DNA from: Candidatus Latescibacterota bacterium
Lineage (GTDB): Bacteria > Latescibacterota > UBA2968
Reading direction: 5' to 3'
Assembly (NCBI GenBank): GCA_965204375.1
Contig: OZ241986.1
Span: 4,960,001-5,024,000, forward strand
DNA: 64,000 nucleotides
The notes below the pieces were generated by a model that did no database searches, was not told the origin of the DNA, and saw only the letters and a program-made list of their open reading frames with translations. Positions 47,894-58,200 of this stretch are shown here, piece after piece (position 1 is the first letter of the stretch; every line of letters begins with the position of its first letter). A program made the translations under genes and the position numbers.

Positions 47894-50800
47894 ATGAACT
47901 TCCTGACAAAAATTTTCGGCAGCAAACACGATCGGGACGTAAAGAAAATGCAACCGGTTGTGGATGAAATTAATCAACTCTACGAAGAATATGCCTCTTT
48001 GTCCGACGAGGCATTAAAGGGCAAAACAGCGGAGTTCCGCGTGCGCATTGCCGAAGCGACTGATGATGCTCAAAAGGAACTCACGCAACTCAAAGAAGAA
48101 TTGGCCGCGTTGCAGCGAGACGAAGACCGCACCGAACAATTGGAAACCATTGCCGAAATCGAAACCGAAATCAAGGATATTGAGCGCGATGTGCTCGATG
48201 AAATTCACCCAGAGGCATTTGCTGTCTTTAAGGAAACGTGCCGGCGCTTCAAAGAGCGGGAGAAGTCCTGGGACCGGGCTGGCGATCAAATCGTATGGCA
48301 TGAAATACCCTATGACGTGCAATTGATCGGTGCGACCGTATTGCATCAGGGCAAAATCGCCGAAATGGCCACGGGCGAAGGCAAAACACTGGCTGCGGGC
48401 CTGGCATTGTACTTAAACGGCTTGCTCGGGCGCGGCGTACACCTCGTCACCGTAAACTCCTACCTCGCCAAGCGCGACGCCATGTGGCTGGGCCCCGTGT
48501 TTCTGTTCCTGGGCCTCACCGTAGGCGTCATTCAGGATCGCGCGTTGGGCGTGGAAGGTTTTATTATGGAAGAAGAGGGTAAAGACGGGTATCGCATGCG
48601 CGCGTGTGACCACAAAGACGCCTGTCTCATGGATATCGTGTACGGTACAAAAGACCAGTTTGGTTTTGATTACCTCTACGATAACATGGCGATTCGCCCC
48701 GAAGACCTGATACAGCGCGAGCACTATTTTGCAATTATTGACGAAGTAGATAGCATCCTGATCGACGAGGCGCGCACACCGCTGATCATTTCGGGACCCG
48801 TGTCGGAATCCACGTCACATCGGTATGAAGAAATGCGTCCGCTGGTCGAAAAATTGGTACGCGCGCAAACCCGGATTGTAAATAATATTTTAAAAGATGC
48901 AGAAGAAGAACTCGAGTCTGGCGATGAATACGAAGCCGGCATCTTGTTATTGCAGGTCCAGCGCGGAATGCCCAAAAACGGACGCTTTATGAAGCGCCTT
49001 CAAGAAGAGGGCATCAAGCGCCTCGTGCAGCGGGTTGAATCCGATTATATCCGCGATAAGCGCACGGGAGAGCTGGACGAAGACCTCTATTTTAGCATCG
49101 ATGAAAAAAGCCACATCATCGACCTGACAGAAAAGGGACGCGACGAAATCAGCCGCAATCCAGACGATTTTGTGTTGCCAGACCTCGATGAAGTACTTCG
49201 GGATATCGAACAGAATAAATCGCTATCAGATGCAGAAGAAGACCAGGCAAAAGAAGCCGCCTATCAGGATTATGGAGAAAAGAATGAGTCTATCCACAGC
49301 GTGCGAAAATTGTTGCAAGCCTATTCTCTATACGAAAAAGACGTGCAATATATGATCGACGACGGCAAGGTCGTCATCGTCGATGAATTTACGGGACGGC
49401 CACAGCCCGGACGCCGTTTTGCCGATGGATTGCACCAGGCATTGGAAGCAAAAGAAAAGGTAAAAGTCGAACGCGACACGCAAACCGTGGCAACGATTAC
49501 ATTGCAAAATTACTTCAGGCTCTATGACCGACTGGCGGGAATGACGGGCACTGCCGAAACAGAAGCAGAAGAATTTCATCAAATCTACAAGCTCGATGTG
49601 GTATCGATCCCAACGCATGAGCCAGTGCGTCGCATTGATTTTAACGACTGGATCTACCGCACAAAACGCGAAAAATACAATGCCCTACTCGATGAAATCG
49701 TGCATTTGCACGAACAAAAATTGCCAGTCCTGGTCGGCACAATTTCCGTTGAAACCTCCGAGTTGATCTCGCGGATGCTCACGCGCAAAAAAATCAAACA
49801 CCAGGTACTCAATGCCCGGCAAAATGTACAGGAAGCGCAGATTATTGCACAGGCCGGACAACCCGGTGCCGTGACAATAGCAACCAATATGGCCGGGCGC
49901 GGCACAGATATCAAACTGGGACCCGGCGTCATAAAAGCACCCGAAGAACACCAGTGTGCATTGATTGCAGATCCCGATAACACCCGGCCCCTGTGTCCCT
50001 ACATAGACGAATACGGATGTCGGGATGAAGTCCCGTGTGGATTGAATATTATCGGCACCGAACGGCACGAATCCCGGCGCATTGACCGGCAATTGCGCGG
50101 TCGCTCTGGGCGGCAAGGGGACCCGGGAAGCTCGCGGTTTTTCATCTCACTGGAAGACGATTTGATGCGCCTATTTGGATCCGAGCGCATTGCCCGCGTC
50201 ATGGACCGCCTGGGAGCCGAAGAAGGCGAAGTGATCGAACACAGCTGGGTGACAAAGTCCATTGAGACCGCGCAAAAACGGGTTGAAGCGCGCAATTTTG
50301 AATTTCGAAAACAGGTGCTGGATTACGACGACGTCATGAATCAACAGCGCGAAGTAATTTACGACAGACGCAGACACGCGCTGGAAGAAGAAGATATATC
50401 GGCGATGATCAGCGAGATGATCGACGAAACCGTCGATGCACTACTCGATATTCATATACCGCCCGACGCACATCCCGAAGACTGGAATTTTGATGGCTTG
50501 ATGGACGATCTGCGCAATGTGTTTTTGCAAGCCCCCATCATACCCGATGAAGATCTGCCCCAATTGCGCGAAGCGGGTTTGCGAGATCGCGTGTTGCGCG
50601 GGATTCGCGAGGCTTATGATCGCCGCGAAAGGGTCCTTGGAGAAGACCGCATGCGCCAGATAGAACGCATGATTTACCTGAGCGTCTTTGATGAAAAATG
50701 GAAAGAACACCTCCGCGAGATGGACGATCTGAAAGAGGGCATTGGCCTTCGCGGTTATGGACAAAAAAATCCATTGATCGAGTACAAGCGCGAAGGTTAT

Positions 50801-51112
50801 GAAATGTTTGTGGCATTGCTCGAAGACATCAACCGCGAAACCCTGCGATTGTTATTCCGCATTTCTGTTGAAGAAACACCGGCACAACCGCGCACCCAAC
50901 AGCCCGCCCGCCTGTCATTGGAACACCGCGATGCCACGGGAATGGGCTTTGCTGGCATGCCCGAACCCGGTCAAGATGAATTGACCGCCAATTCTACAGA
51001 AGGCGATGCGCCGAAGAAACAGCCCGTGCGCGTTGGAAAAAAGGTGGGGCGAAACGCGCCGTGTCCGTGTGGCAGCGGCAAGAAGTTCAAGCATTGTCAT
51101 GGAAGAGTTTAA
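47894..51112 (+). CDS. secA: Preprotein translocase subunit SecA
   Basis: EMATGEGKT, DEVDSILIDEARTPLIISG, ATNMAGRGTDI, QLRGRSGRQGDPG, C-terminal CPCGSGKKFKHCH. Confidence 0.98.
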   Translation: MNFLTKIFGSKHDRDVKKMQPVVDEINQLYEEYASLSDEALKGKTAEFRVRIAEATDDAQKELTQLKEELAALQRDEDRTEQLETIAEIETEIKDIERDVLDEIHPEAFAVFKETCRRFKEREKSWDRAGDQIVWHEIPYDVQLIGATVLHQGKIAEMATGEGKTLAAGLALYLNGLLGRGVHLVTVNSYLAKRDAMWLGPVFLFLGLTVGVIQDRALGVEGFIMEEEGKDGYRMRACDHKDACLMDIVYGTKDQFGFDYLYDNMAIRPEDLIQREHYFAIIDEVDSILIDEARTPLIISGPVSESTSHRYEEMRPLVEKLVRAQTRIVNNILKDAEEELESGDEYEAGILLLQVQRGMPKNGRFMKRLQEEGIKRLVQRVESDYIRDKRTGELDEDLYFSIDEKSHIIDLTEKGRDEISRNPDDFVLPDLDEVLRDIEQNKSLSDAEEDQAKEAAYQDYGEKNESIHSVRKLLQAYSLYEKDVQYMIDDGKVVIVDEFTGRPQPGRRFADGLHQALEAKEKVKVERDTQTVATITLQNYFRLYDRLAGMTGTAETEAEEFHQIYKLDVVSIPTHEPVRRIDFNDWIYRTKREKYNALLDEIVHLHEQKLPVLVGTISVETSELISRMLTRKKIKHQVLNARQNVQEAQIIAQAGQPGAVTIATNMAGRGTDIKLGPGVIKAPEEHQCALIADPDNTRPLCPYIDEYGCRDEVPCGLNIIGTERHESRRIDRQLRGRSGRQGDPGSSRFFISLEDDLMRLFGSERIARVMDRLGAEEGEVIEHSWVTKSIETAQKRVEARNFEFRKQVLDYDDVMNQQREVIYDRRRHALEEEDISAMISEMIDETVDALLDIHIPPDAHPEDWNFDGLMDDLRNVFLQAPIIPDEDLPQLREAGLRDRVLRGIREAYDRRERVLGEDRMRQIERMIYLSVFDEKWKEHLREMDDLKEGIGLRGYGQKNPLIEYKREGYEMFVALLEDINRETLRLLFRISVEETPAQPRTQQPARLSLEHRDATGMGFAGMPEPGQDELTANSTEGDAPKKQPVRVGKKVGRNAPCPCGSGKKFKHCHGRV

Positions 51113-51133
51113 AGTCAATGAGGAGATGAGTAT

Positions 51134-51604
51134 ATGAAGTCGCGTGAAAATTTGTTGGATGATGCGCGTCAAAATATTCCGGAAATGACCGTGCAGGAAG
51201 TACATGAGTACATAGAAGAAGGCAAGAATCCCGTATTACTCGACGTGCGCGGACTGGACGAATGGGAACGCGGACACTTAAAAGGATCAGTACACATACC
51301 GCGCGGTGAATTGGAATACAAAGCTGAAGAGGCAATGCCCGACAAATCGCGTGAAGTCATTGTAATCTGCGCAGGCGGCGTGCGATCCCTTCTCGCTGGC
51401 GAAACCCTGAAAGCCCTGGGATACGAAAACGTGATCTCGATGGACGGCGGATATGGAGATTGGGAAGATGCGCATTTGCCGGCTGAAATACCGCCGCCAC
51501 CGGAAGAAACGGGTGCGCCAGAAACCCCCGAACTGCTCAAAGAACAAATTGATCATCTGGAAAAAGTATTGGCTCAGAAAAAAACGAAGTTGGCTGATAT
51601 GTAG
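51134..51604 (+). CDS. Rhodanese-domain protein
   Basis: LLDVR..EW..GH, active loop CAGGVRS, GG...W; short C-terminal coiled tail. Confidence 0.88.
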   Translation: MKSRENLLDDARQNIPEMTVQEVHEYIEEGKNPVLLDVRGLDEWERGHLKGSVHIPRGELEYKAEEAMPDKSREVIVICAGGVRSLLAGETLKALGYENVISMDGGYGDWEDAHLPAEIPPPPEETGAPETPELLKEQIDHLEKVLAQKKTKLADM

Positions 51605-51611
51605 TAATGAC

Positions 51612-51635
51612 GGGCGAGGCATGCCTCGCCCCTAT
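51612..51635. repeat. GTAG-type REP-like palindrome
   Basis: Perfect 20-bp palindrome GGGCGAGGCATGCCTCGCCC followed by CTAT (CTAC-like). Confidence 0.55.
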
Positions 51636-51640
51636 AGTCG

Positions 51641-51700
51641 TTCACATTTCCCAGCCCTTCTTCATCTGCGTCCATCTGCGTCCATCTGCGGATCTCACTT
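51641..51700 (-). repeat. ~60-bp dispersed repeat, copy 3 (inverted)
   Basis: Reverse complement reads AAGTGAGATCCGCAGATGGACGCAGATGGACGCAGATGAAGAAGGGCTGGGAAATGTGAA. Confidence 0.85.
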
Positions 51701-51707
51701 TTTACAC

Positions 51708-51771
51708 TTGCACAAATATTGACGCTTCTGTATATTTTCCCGCCTTAGCACTCAACAGGATGAGTGGCTAA
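51708..51771 (+). promoter_or_regulatory. groESL promoter and CIRCE-like (HrcA) operator
   Basis: TTGCAC-N17-TATATT (51708-51736). TTAGCACTC-AACAGGAT-GAGTGGCTAA (51745-51771) is a variant of TTAGCACTC-N9-GAGTGCTAA. Confidence 0.75.
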
Positions 51772-51830
51772 TAACATATAACAAGTTAAATTTATTACAT
51801 TTAACCAACTGTTTTTCAAGGAGGGTTCTC

Positions 51831-52118
51831 ATGAATGTCCGTCCGCTTTCCGATCGCATTCTGGTGCGACGGGTGGATGCTGAAGAGCAAGTGAAGGGAG
51901 GCATTATCATCCCCGATACTGCTAAAGAAACGCCTCAGGAAGCAGAAGTCATTGCCGTTGGACCGGGCAAACGCAATAAGAACGGCGACGTGATCGCGCC
52001 AGCGGTAAAATCTGGGGAAAAAATTTTGATAGGCAAATACGCCGGCACAGAAATTGAAGTTGACGGCGATGAGTACGTAATCGTAAACGAAGACGACGTA
52101 TTGGGCATTATTCAGTAG
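51831..52118 (+). CDS. groES: Co-chaperonin GroES
   Basis: RPLSDRILV, GGIIIPDTAKE, AVGPG. Confidence 0.98.
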   Translation: MNVRPLSDRILVRRVDAEEQVKGGIIIPDTAKETPQEAEVIAVGPGKRNKNGDVIAPAVKSGEKILIGKYAGTEIEVDGDEYVIVNEDDVLGIIQ

Positions 52119-52133
52119 AAGGAGATTGGTGTT

Positions 52134-53759
52134 ATGGCAAAACAGATTGCCTATGGAATAGATGCTCGCGAGCGTATTCTCGACGGTGTAACGCTCTTGA
52201 GCAAAGCCGTGAAAGCCACTTTGGGACCTGCTGGACGAAATGTGGTTGTCGCCAAATCCTGGGGATCCCCCACTGTGACAAAAGACGGCGTAACCGTAGC
52301 AAAAGAAATCGAACTCGAAGACGCCTACGAAAACATGGGTGTACAGATGGTCAAAGAAGTCGCTTCCAAGACTTCTGACATTGCGGGCGACGGCACAACC
52401 ACAGCGACAGTACTCGCCGAAGCGATCTTCCGCGAAGGCTTGCGCAATGTAACTGCCGGAGCCAATCCGATGGATCTCAAACGCGGTATCGACGCGGCTG
52501 TTGCATCCGTAGTCAAAGCATTGGAAGACCAGAGCCAGCCGGTAAAAGACCGCAATTCAATTGCACAAGTAGGGACAATATCCGCCAACAGTGACAGCAG
52601 TATTGGTGAAATTATAGCTGACGCAATGGACAAAGTCGGCAAAGATGGCACAATCACGGTCGAAGAGGCCAAAAGCATCGAGACAACGCTGGATGTGGTC
52701 GAAGGAATGCAGTTTGACCGCGGTTATCTATCGCCCTATTTTGTGACCGATCAGGAAAACATGGAAGCCATACTGGAAGACGCGCTGATTCTTATTCACG
52801 AGGCAAAGTTGTCAAACATGAACGACCTGTTGCCTCTCCTCGAAAAAGTTGCCGGTGCTGGCAAGCCGCTTCTGGTCATTGCCGAAGACGTCGAAGGTGA
52901 AGCCCTCGCCACTTTTGTCGTCAACAAAGTGCGCGGCACCCTCGCTGCCTGTGCGGTAAAAGCACCGGGATATGGCGACCGCCGCAAAGAAATGTTGGGT
53001 GACATCGCCGTGCTAACAGGTGGACGCGTGATAACGGAAGACCTCGGCATTAAGCTCGAAAATGTCGAAATCAGCGACCTCGGGCAGGCCAAGCGCGTGG
53101 TGATCGACAAAGACAACAGCACAATCGTAGAAGGCGTGGGATCCGTAGCCGATATCCAGGGCCGAACGAGCCAGATTCGTCGGCAGATTGAAGAGACCAC
53201 CTCTGACTACGACCGCGAAAAACTCGAAGAGCGATTGGCAAAATTGGCCGGAGGTGTGGCTGTCATCAACGTTGGTGCGGCAACCGAAACCGAGATGAAA
53301 GAAAAGAAAGCCCGCGTCGAAGATGCACTCCACTCCGTGCGCGCTGCAGTTGAAGAAGGCATCGTGCCCGGCGGCGGGGTCGCTCTCCTTCGCAGCCTTG
53401 GCGCATTGGACGAAACGGATGTGCAGGGCGACCAGAGCACAGGCGTAGATATCGTGCGTCGCGCACTGCAAGCACCGCTGCGTCAGATCGCCGATAATAC
53501 CGGCGCAGAAGGCAGCCTCGTCGTGCAAAAAGTGAACGAGGGCGAAGGCGCTTACGGGTTTAATGCACGCACCGAGCAATACGAAGACCTCGTAGATTCC
53601 GGTGTAATTGATCCCACAAAAGTGGTGCGCACTGCGATGGAAAATGCAGCGTCCATCGCGGGACTATTATTGACAACCGAAGCTCTGGTGACAGATATGC
53701 CAGAAGAAAACGAAGGTGCTGCGCCCGCCCACGATCCCCATCACGGACACATGCACTAA
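52134..53759 (+). CDS. groEL: Chaperonin GroEL
   Basis: [34 protein letters not shown]. Confidence 0.98.
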   Translation: MAKQIAYGIDARERILDGVTLLSKAVKATLGPAGRNVVVAKSWGSPTVTKDGVTVAKEIELEDAYENMGVQMVKEVASKTSDIAGDGTTTATVLAEAIFREGLRNVTAGANPMDLKRGIDAAVASVVKALEDQSQPVKDRNSIAQVGTISANSDSSIGEIIADAMDKVGKDGTITVEEAKSIETTLDVVEGMQFDRGYLSPYFVTDQENMEAILEDALILIHEAKLSNMNDLLPLLEKVAGAGKPLLVIAEDVEGEALATFVVNKVRGTLAACAVKAPGYGDRRKEMLGDIAVLTGGRVITEDLGIKLENVEISDLGQAKRVVIDKDNSTIVEGVGSVADIQGRTSQIRRQIEETTSDYDREKLEERLAKLAGGVAVINVGAATETEMKEKKARVEDALHSVRAAVEEGIVPGGGVALLRSLGALDETDVQGDQSTGVDIVRRALQAPLRQIADNTGAEGSLVVQKVNEGEGAYGFNARTEQYEDLVDSGVIDPTKVVRTAMENAASIAGLLLTTEALVTDMPEENEGAAPAHDPHHGHMH

Positions 53760-53790
53760 ATCGGATTGTCAAAATATGCTCGACTTCCAC

Positions 53791-53822
53791 AAAGGGGCTG
53801 ACTGCTGGTCAGCCCTTTTTTT
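53791..53822 (+). terminator. groESL terminator
   Basis: GGGCTGAC-TGCTG-GTCAGCCC followed by T7. Confidence 0.85.
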
Positions 53823-53908
53823 ATGTTTGGTTGAATTTGTGGGCAGTTTTATCTATATTATGCAAAGACTTAAACCAAATATGAGCTAACCATTTGCGAA
53901 AGGATATT

Positions 53909-55105
53909 ATGGCAAAATCGAAAACACAGGCTGAAGAACCCCGGAAAACACAAGGCGCGACATCCACAGCAAAAAAAGCAAAACGTCCGTCAAAAAAGCA
54001 GGCAACCAAAAAAACAGCCAAAAAGCCAGCAAAGAAGACGAACACCAGGTCTTCTACACCGCGTGCCACAAAAAAACGATCATCCAAAAAGCCTGCGAAA
54101 AAGCAGCCATCTAAAAAAACAGCTAAAAAGCCAGCAAAGAAGACGAATACCAGATCTTCTACACCGCGTGCAGCCAAAAAGCAGGCAACCAAAAAAACAG
54201 CCAAAAAACCTGTGAAAAAGGCTGAAAGGCCTGCCGCACAGGAAGAGCGCACGGTAATTTCATCGCCGCCATCCAGACGACGTAGCGCAAAGAAAAAGCC
54301 CGAAGCAAAAACTTCTGTTGATCAAAATCAACAAGCTGGCGACGCTGCGCAAACGCCCCAGAATGTGCAATCAGAAGAAATGCAATGGGGGCGTCGGACA
54401 AAGCGATCAGCTCCAATTGGCTGGGAAGATCACGCAGGTGGAAGCGCACCTGTACAACCGGCTCGACGGCAGGACGCGAATGCGGAGAACCAACCCGTTG
54501 AAGCATCTGCAGAACCAGTAGAAACACCACCGCAAGCGCGAACTGAAACGCCTGCTCAGGACAAGCGGAATGAACCAAAAAAAGAAGATACTCGCAATGT
54601 GCAAAAAGACACGCGCAAAGTATCTCGCCCGCCCAAAGGACGCAATCAGGGCAACCAGAACAAACAGCGGCCTTCAAAGCGCAGCAGCGATCGCAGTCGG
54701 AATCGTAGCCAGAAACCCGAACAACCATCGAACAGATTGACACAAATATTGGCGCAATCGTGGACCGAAGACAAAACGCGGCAATTCATCAGCGAAGGCT
54801 TTCTCGGCAGTTTGTCGCCCGAACTGGTCAACAATGGAAATAGTGAATCCATCCCGGACACTGAAAGGCTCAAAAAGCCCCTGGAAATGATCCGCAAAGT
54901 TCTGGCCGACGAGTGTATGGTAGCCGACGATGTCACAGATCTGATGTTGCTCGACGTGGTGATGAATGCCCTGTCAGACCGCATTGACGTGTGCCGCCTG
55001 CAGGCCGAGTCCAACTCACTGGCGGATATAGACGCGATCTTAGAATTGCGCTACAAAGCCGATCGGCGATTGATAGAAGCGGTAAATGCCCTGAAGAATG
55101 CATGA
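53909..55105 (+). CDS. Hypothetical protein with a histone-H1-like Lys/Ala-rich N-terminus and helical C-terminal domain
   Basis: AAGGA RBS; repeated KKTAKKPAKK; ordered acidic/hydrophobic C-terminal ~125 aa; terminator follows. Confidence 0.7.
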   Translation: MAKSKTQAEEPRKTQGATSTAKKAKRPSKKQATKKTAKKPAKKTNTRSSTPRATKKRSSKKPAKKQPSKKTAKKPAKKTNTRSSTPRAAKKQATKKTAKKPVKKAERPAAQEERTVISSPPSRRRSAKKKPEAKTSVDQNQQAGDAAQTPQNVQSEEMQWGRRTKRSAPIGWEDHAGGSAPVQPARRQDANAENQPVEASAEPVETPPQARTETPAQDKRNEPKKEDTRNVQKDTRKVSRPPKGRNQGNQNKQRPSKRSSDRSRNRSQKPEQPSNRLTQILAQSWTEDKTRQFISEGFLGSLSPELVNNGNSESIPDTERLKKPLEMIRKVLADECMVADDVTDLMLLDVVMNALSDRIDVCRLQAESNSLADIDAILELRYKADRRLIEAVNALKNA

Positions 55106-55126
55106 GACCTATAGCCGCCAACATCG

Positions 55127-55161
55127 AAAGCCCCGTCTGACAAAGGTCAAACGGGGCTTTT
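55127..55161. terminator. Terminator hairpin
   Basis: AAAGCCCCGT...ACGGGGCTTTT. Confidence 0.7.
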
Positions 55162-55288
55162 GTGTGAAGGAACGCAACGATGACTTCAATAACTCGGGCA
55201 ATCGAGAATAGTCTCAAGCCGCTTGCTGCGCGGGCTAAGCGAATTGTGGGTAGAGGTGGAACGCGCCATTTGAACGGAGATTTGACGT

Positions 55289-56062
55289 ATGCAAAACAAA
55301 ATCACAATCGAACCCCGTTACTACCGCTGGCACGTTGACAAAGGCGTCGTCTGGATCGAAAAGAACACGAGCTATGCCCACCTCAACTGGGAAATTCCGA
55401 TAGAGCAAACAGCACTCGTCCTGGTCGATGTGTGGTCGCATCACTACCTGAAAGACACAGCAGCCCGGTCCGAGGAAATCGTACACAACAAAATTGTCCC
55501 CCTCCTATGCGCCTGCCGAAAAGCGGAAATGCCCATCGTTCATGCGCCGGCACCGCGACTGGCTGAAGCGCATCCATCCTGGGTGAACCTGATCGAAAAG
55601 AGAGACGTATCCACCGACGCCAAAAACAACTGGCCCCCCACCGCCTTTCGCAGCAAAACGGGAATATATGAAAACTATGCGCGACCCATAGAACCGCGCG
55701 AAGAAGAACTCACCGAAATCCGCGCCAGACTCGCAATGCATCCCCTCGTACAGGTAGAGGGAAAAGAAGCCGTCATCTCCACGGGCGAAGAACTCCACTG
55801 CTGGTGCAAACAACAGGGCATCCTCTTCCTCTTTTTTCTCGGCTTCAACACCAATGCCTGCATATTGATGAGAGACTACGGAACCCTCGCAATGGGGCGC
55901 CGCGGATATGAAATCATCCTCCTGCGGGACTGCACCACGGGAATGGAATCTTTTGAAACGCACGAAAACCTCGGACAGACGCGGGGCGCCGTACTCTTCC
56001 TGGAAATGTTCGGACACTACTCTTTGACATCAGAGGAACTGATCGCGGGATTACCGGGATAA
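55289..56062 (+). CDS. Isochorismatase / cysteine hydrolase family protein
   Basis: TALVLVDVW, G.NTNAC, LLRDCT. Confidence 0.75.
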   Translation: MQNKITIEPRYYRWHVDKGVVWIEKNTSYAHLNWEIPIEQTALVLVDVWSHHYLKDTAARSEEIVHNKIVPLLCACRKAEMPIVHAPAPRLAEAHPSWVNLIEKRDVSTDAKNNWPPTAFRSKTGIYENYARPIEPREEELTEIRARLAMHPLVQVEGKEAVISTGEELHCWCKQQGILFLFFLGFNTNACILMRDYGTLAMGRRGYEIILLRDCTTGMESFETHENLGQTRGAVLFLEMFGHYSLTSEELIAGLPG

Positions 56063-56133
56063 ATCATGCTATCATTCGCAGATTAAGAGAGGGTGTTTTT
56101 AATGTCTCACGTCTTTCGTCTCACCGCCTTTTT

Positions 56134-58119
56134 ATGACCGCAGAACAAACATATCCAATCGCAGATTCGCCAGATCCTGCGAACAAAGGTGTTACAGTCC
56201 GGTCGCTGATCTTTGGGCTTGTGCTGGTTGTTACAATCAACGCACTGGCAACAGTCGCGCGATATATCATGCACAGCTCCTTCATGGCATACAGCCACAT
56301 GCCCATGGGCAATCTGATGCTCACACTGCTGTGTTTGATCGTCTGCAGTGTGCTCGCGTGGTACTTTGGCAAACGCTTTGCCTTTTCTCCGAGCGAATGG
56401 CTCGCGATCTTTTCTATGGGCTTTATCTGTTCGCTCGGTCCCACATACGGGGTAAGCGGATATCTGGTCGGCGTCATCGTAACCCCCTACTATTTTTCCT
56501 CGCCCGAAAACCGGTGGGCAGAGTTTTTGCACCCGCACTTGTCCGAATGGATCATACCGTCCAATCGCGACGGCGCAATGAACTGGTTCTACGATGGCTT
56601 GCCCGCCGGTGCGCCCGTACCCTGGTCTGTCTGGCTCGGACCTCTCTTCTGGTGGTTCACCTTTGTATGTGCCGTGGCACTCGCCTGCTTTTGTGCCTCG
56701 GTCATCATGCGCAAACAATGGGCGGAATACGAAAAACTGGTCTATCCCGCCATGGAACCCATCGTCGAACTGACCACCCAGCCGGGCACGGGTCGCACCT
56801 ATTTGCCTGAGTTTATGCAGGGACGAATGTTCTGGACCGGATTTGGCGTGGTGGGCGTGATATTCGTCTGGAACATCATCGCGTGGTTTCATCCCGCGCT
56901 GCCAAAATTTCCAACCGCTGCCGGCACCTGGGTACCCATTGGCCGGAATTTTCCGCCGCAATGGGTATTCATAAGCACCGTGGGAATATGCTTTTCGTAT
57001 TTTGCAAGCCTGGAATTATTGTTCAGCATGTGGCTCTTTGATCTCATATTCATCGTAGAATCCGGCATCCTCGATCAACTGGGCATAACAGCCTTTAACC
57101 GCTATTACGCCTCCAAACGCTATCTCTGGCAAACAACGGGCGCGTTTGTCGCCCTATCTCTGTGGTGGGTGTGGATAGCGCGGGCGCATCTGAAACAGGC
57201 ATTTCAAAAAGCGCTCCATCCAAAAAGCGAGCATATAGACGACAGCCGAGAACTCATATCCTATCGCGCAGCCTTCTGCTATCTCGCCGCTTCAGTCGCC
57301 TACGCACTGGTCTGGTTATCCGCAGCGGGCATGGCGTGGAAAGTTCTCGCCATCCTGTTGCCATTCATGTTTCTGTCCTATGGTGCCGTATCGAAAATTC
57401 TGGCCGATTCCGGACTTATTTACGTCAAGGCACCATCTACTGCCTGGACACTGACAACCGCGCTTATGGGCGGTGCCCGCGCCATACCAGCGGCGTCTCA
57501 TGCCATGATCTATCCGGCATCTGTCGCCATTGATCACTTCCGCGGATTTACCTTTTCCGTGGGCACGCACCTCAACCGCCTGTCCGACTTCATCTCCGGC
57601 AACAAACGCCCCCTCTTCGGCGGCCTCTGCGTGGCTTTTGTGGTCGGCATCGTCTCATCCACCCTCTTTACAATCTGGCTGGGCTATCGCATTGGTGGGT
57701 ACAATTTCTCGCCAAACTGGCTCATCATTCGCGCGGGCATAGGCGGATATCAAAATTCCGTCAACGCGATTATATCGCCACAGCCGATGGAAGAGATCGA
57801 CTACTGGTTCTTTCTTATCGGAGCATTCGCCATGTACGCCCTGTTATTCCTGCGATACCAATTCACCTGGTGGCCCCTGCACCCCATTGGCCTCGCCCTA
57901 TCGGGCACCGGACTCGCCCGCCTCACCAGCTTCACCATCTTTGTCGCCTGGCTCATCAAATTCACATTATTGCGCATTGGCGGAGCACCCTTTTACCGCC
58001 GCTCAAAGCCATTTTTTATCGGCATGCTCGTGGCATACGTCCTGTCAACCGCCCTGGGCCTCATCGTAGATGCGATATGGTTCATGCCTCAGGGACACAC
58101 CGTTCACAAATGGTATTGA
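56134..58119 (+). CDS. Polytopic membrane protein, DUF6785/DUF6784-like (putative transporter)
   Basis: Many TM helices; RKQW..YEKL.YP, WWPLHPIG and W..K...LR.GG..YR...PFF.G motifs. Confidence 0.7.
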   Translation: MTAEQTYPIADSPDPANKGVTVRSLIFGLVLVVTINALATVARYIMHSSFMAYSHMPMGNLMLTLLCLIVCSVLAWYFGKRFAFSPSEWLAIFSMGFICSLGPTYGVSGYLVGVIVTPYYFSSPENRWAEFLHPHLSEWIIPSNRDGAMNWFYDGLPAGAPVPWSVWLGPLFWWFTFVCAVALACFCASVIMRKQWAEYEKLVYPAMEPIVELTTQPGTGRTYLPEFMQGRMFWTGFGVVGVIFVWNIIAWFHPALPKFPTAAGTWVPIGRNFPPQWVFISTVGICFSYFASLELLFSMWLFDLIFIVESGILDQLGITAFNRYYASKRYLWQTTGAFVALSLWWVWIARAHLKQAFQKALHPKSEHIDDSRELISYRAAFCYLAASVAYALVWLSAAGMAWKVLAILLPFMFLSYGAVSKILADSGLIYVKAPSTAWTLTTALMGGARAIPAASHAMIYPASVAIDHFRGFTFSVGTHLNRLSDFISGNKRPLFGGLCVAFVVGIVSSTLFTIWLGYRIGGYNFSPNWLIIRAGIGGYQNSVNAIISPQPMEEIDYWFFLIGAFAMYALLFLRYQFTWWPLHPIGLALSGTGLARLTSFTIFVAWLIKFTLLRIGGAPFYRRSKPFFIGMLVAYVLSTALGLIVDAIWFMPQGHTVHKWY

Positions 58120-58200
58120 TCGAAACTATTGCGGTGTGATTACTCCCAACGATAGAGCAGTTGGGCTTCTTGGTGGTCAATCCACCTGACTTTGTAATCC
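58116..58200 (-). ncRNA. 3' part of the TnpB omegaRNA with predicted guide
   Basis: GATTAC pairs with GTAATC near the element end; hairpins GGTGG/CCACC and CCCAAC/GTTGGG; guide predicted as ACCGCAATAGTTTCGATCAA (58135-58116). 5' end not defined. Confidence 0.6.

Noticed and set aside
53821-54743. Hydrophobic minus-strand ORFs 53821..54252 and 54159..54743
   Set aside because: Antisense shadows of the Lys-rich repeat gene; AAA codons read as Phe on the opposite strand.
58116-58120. TTGAT beside the element as a TnpB TAM
   Set aside because: It is on the right-end side and overlaps the host stop codon; a TAM should abut the left end.
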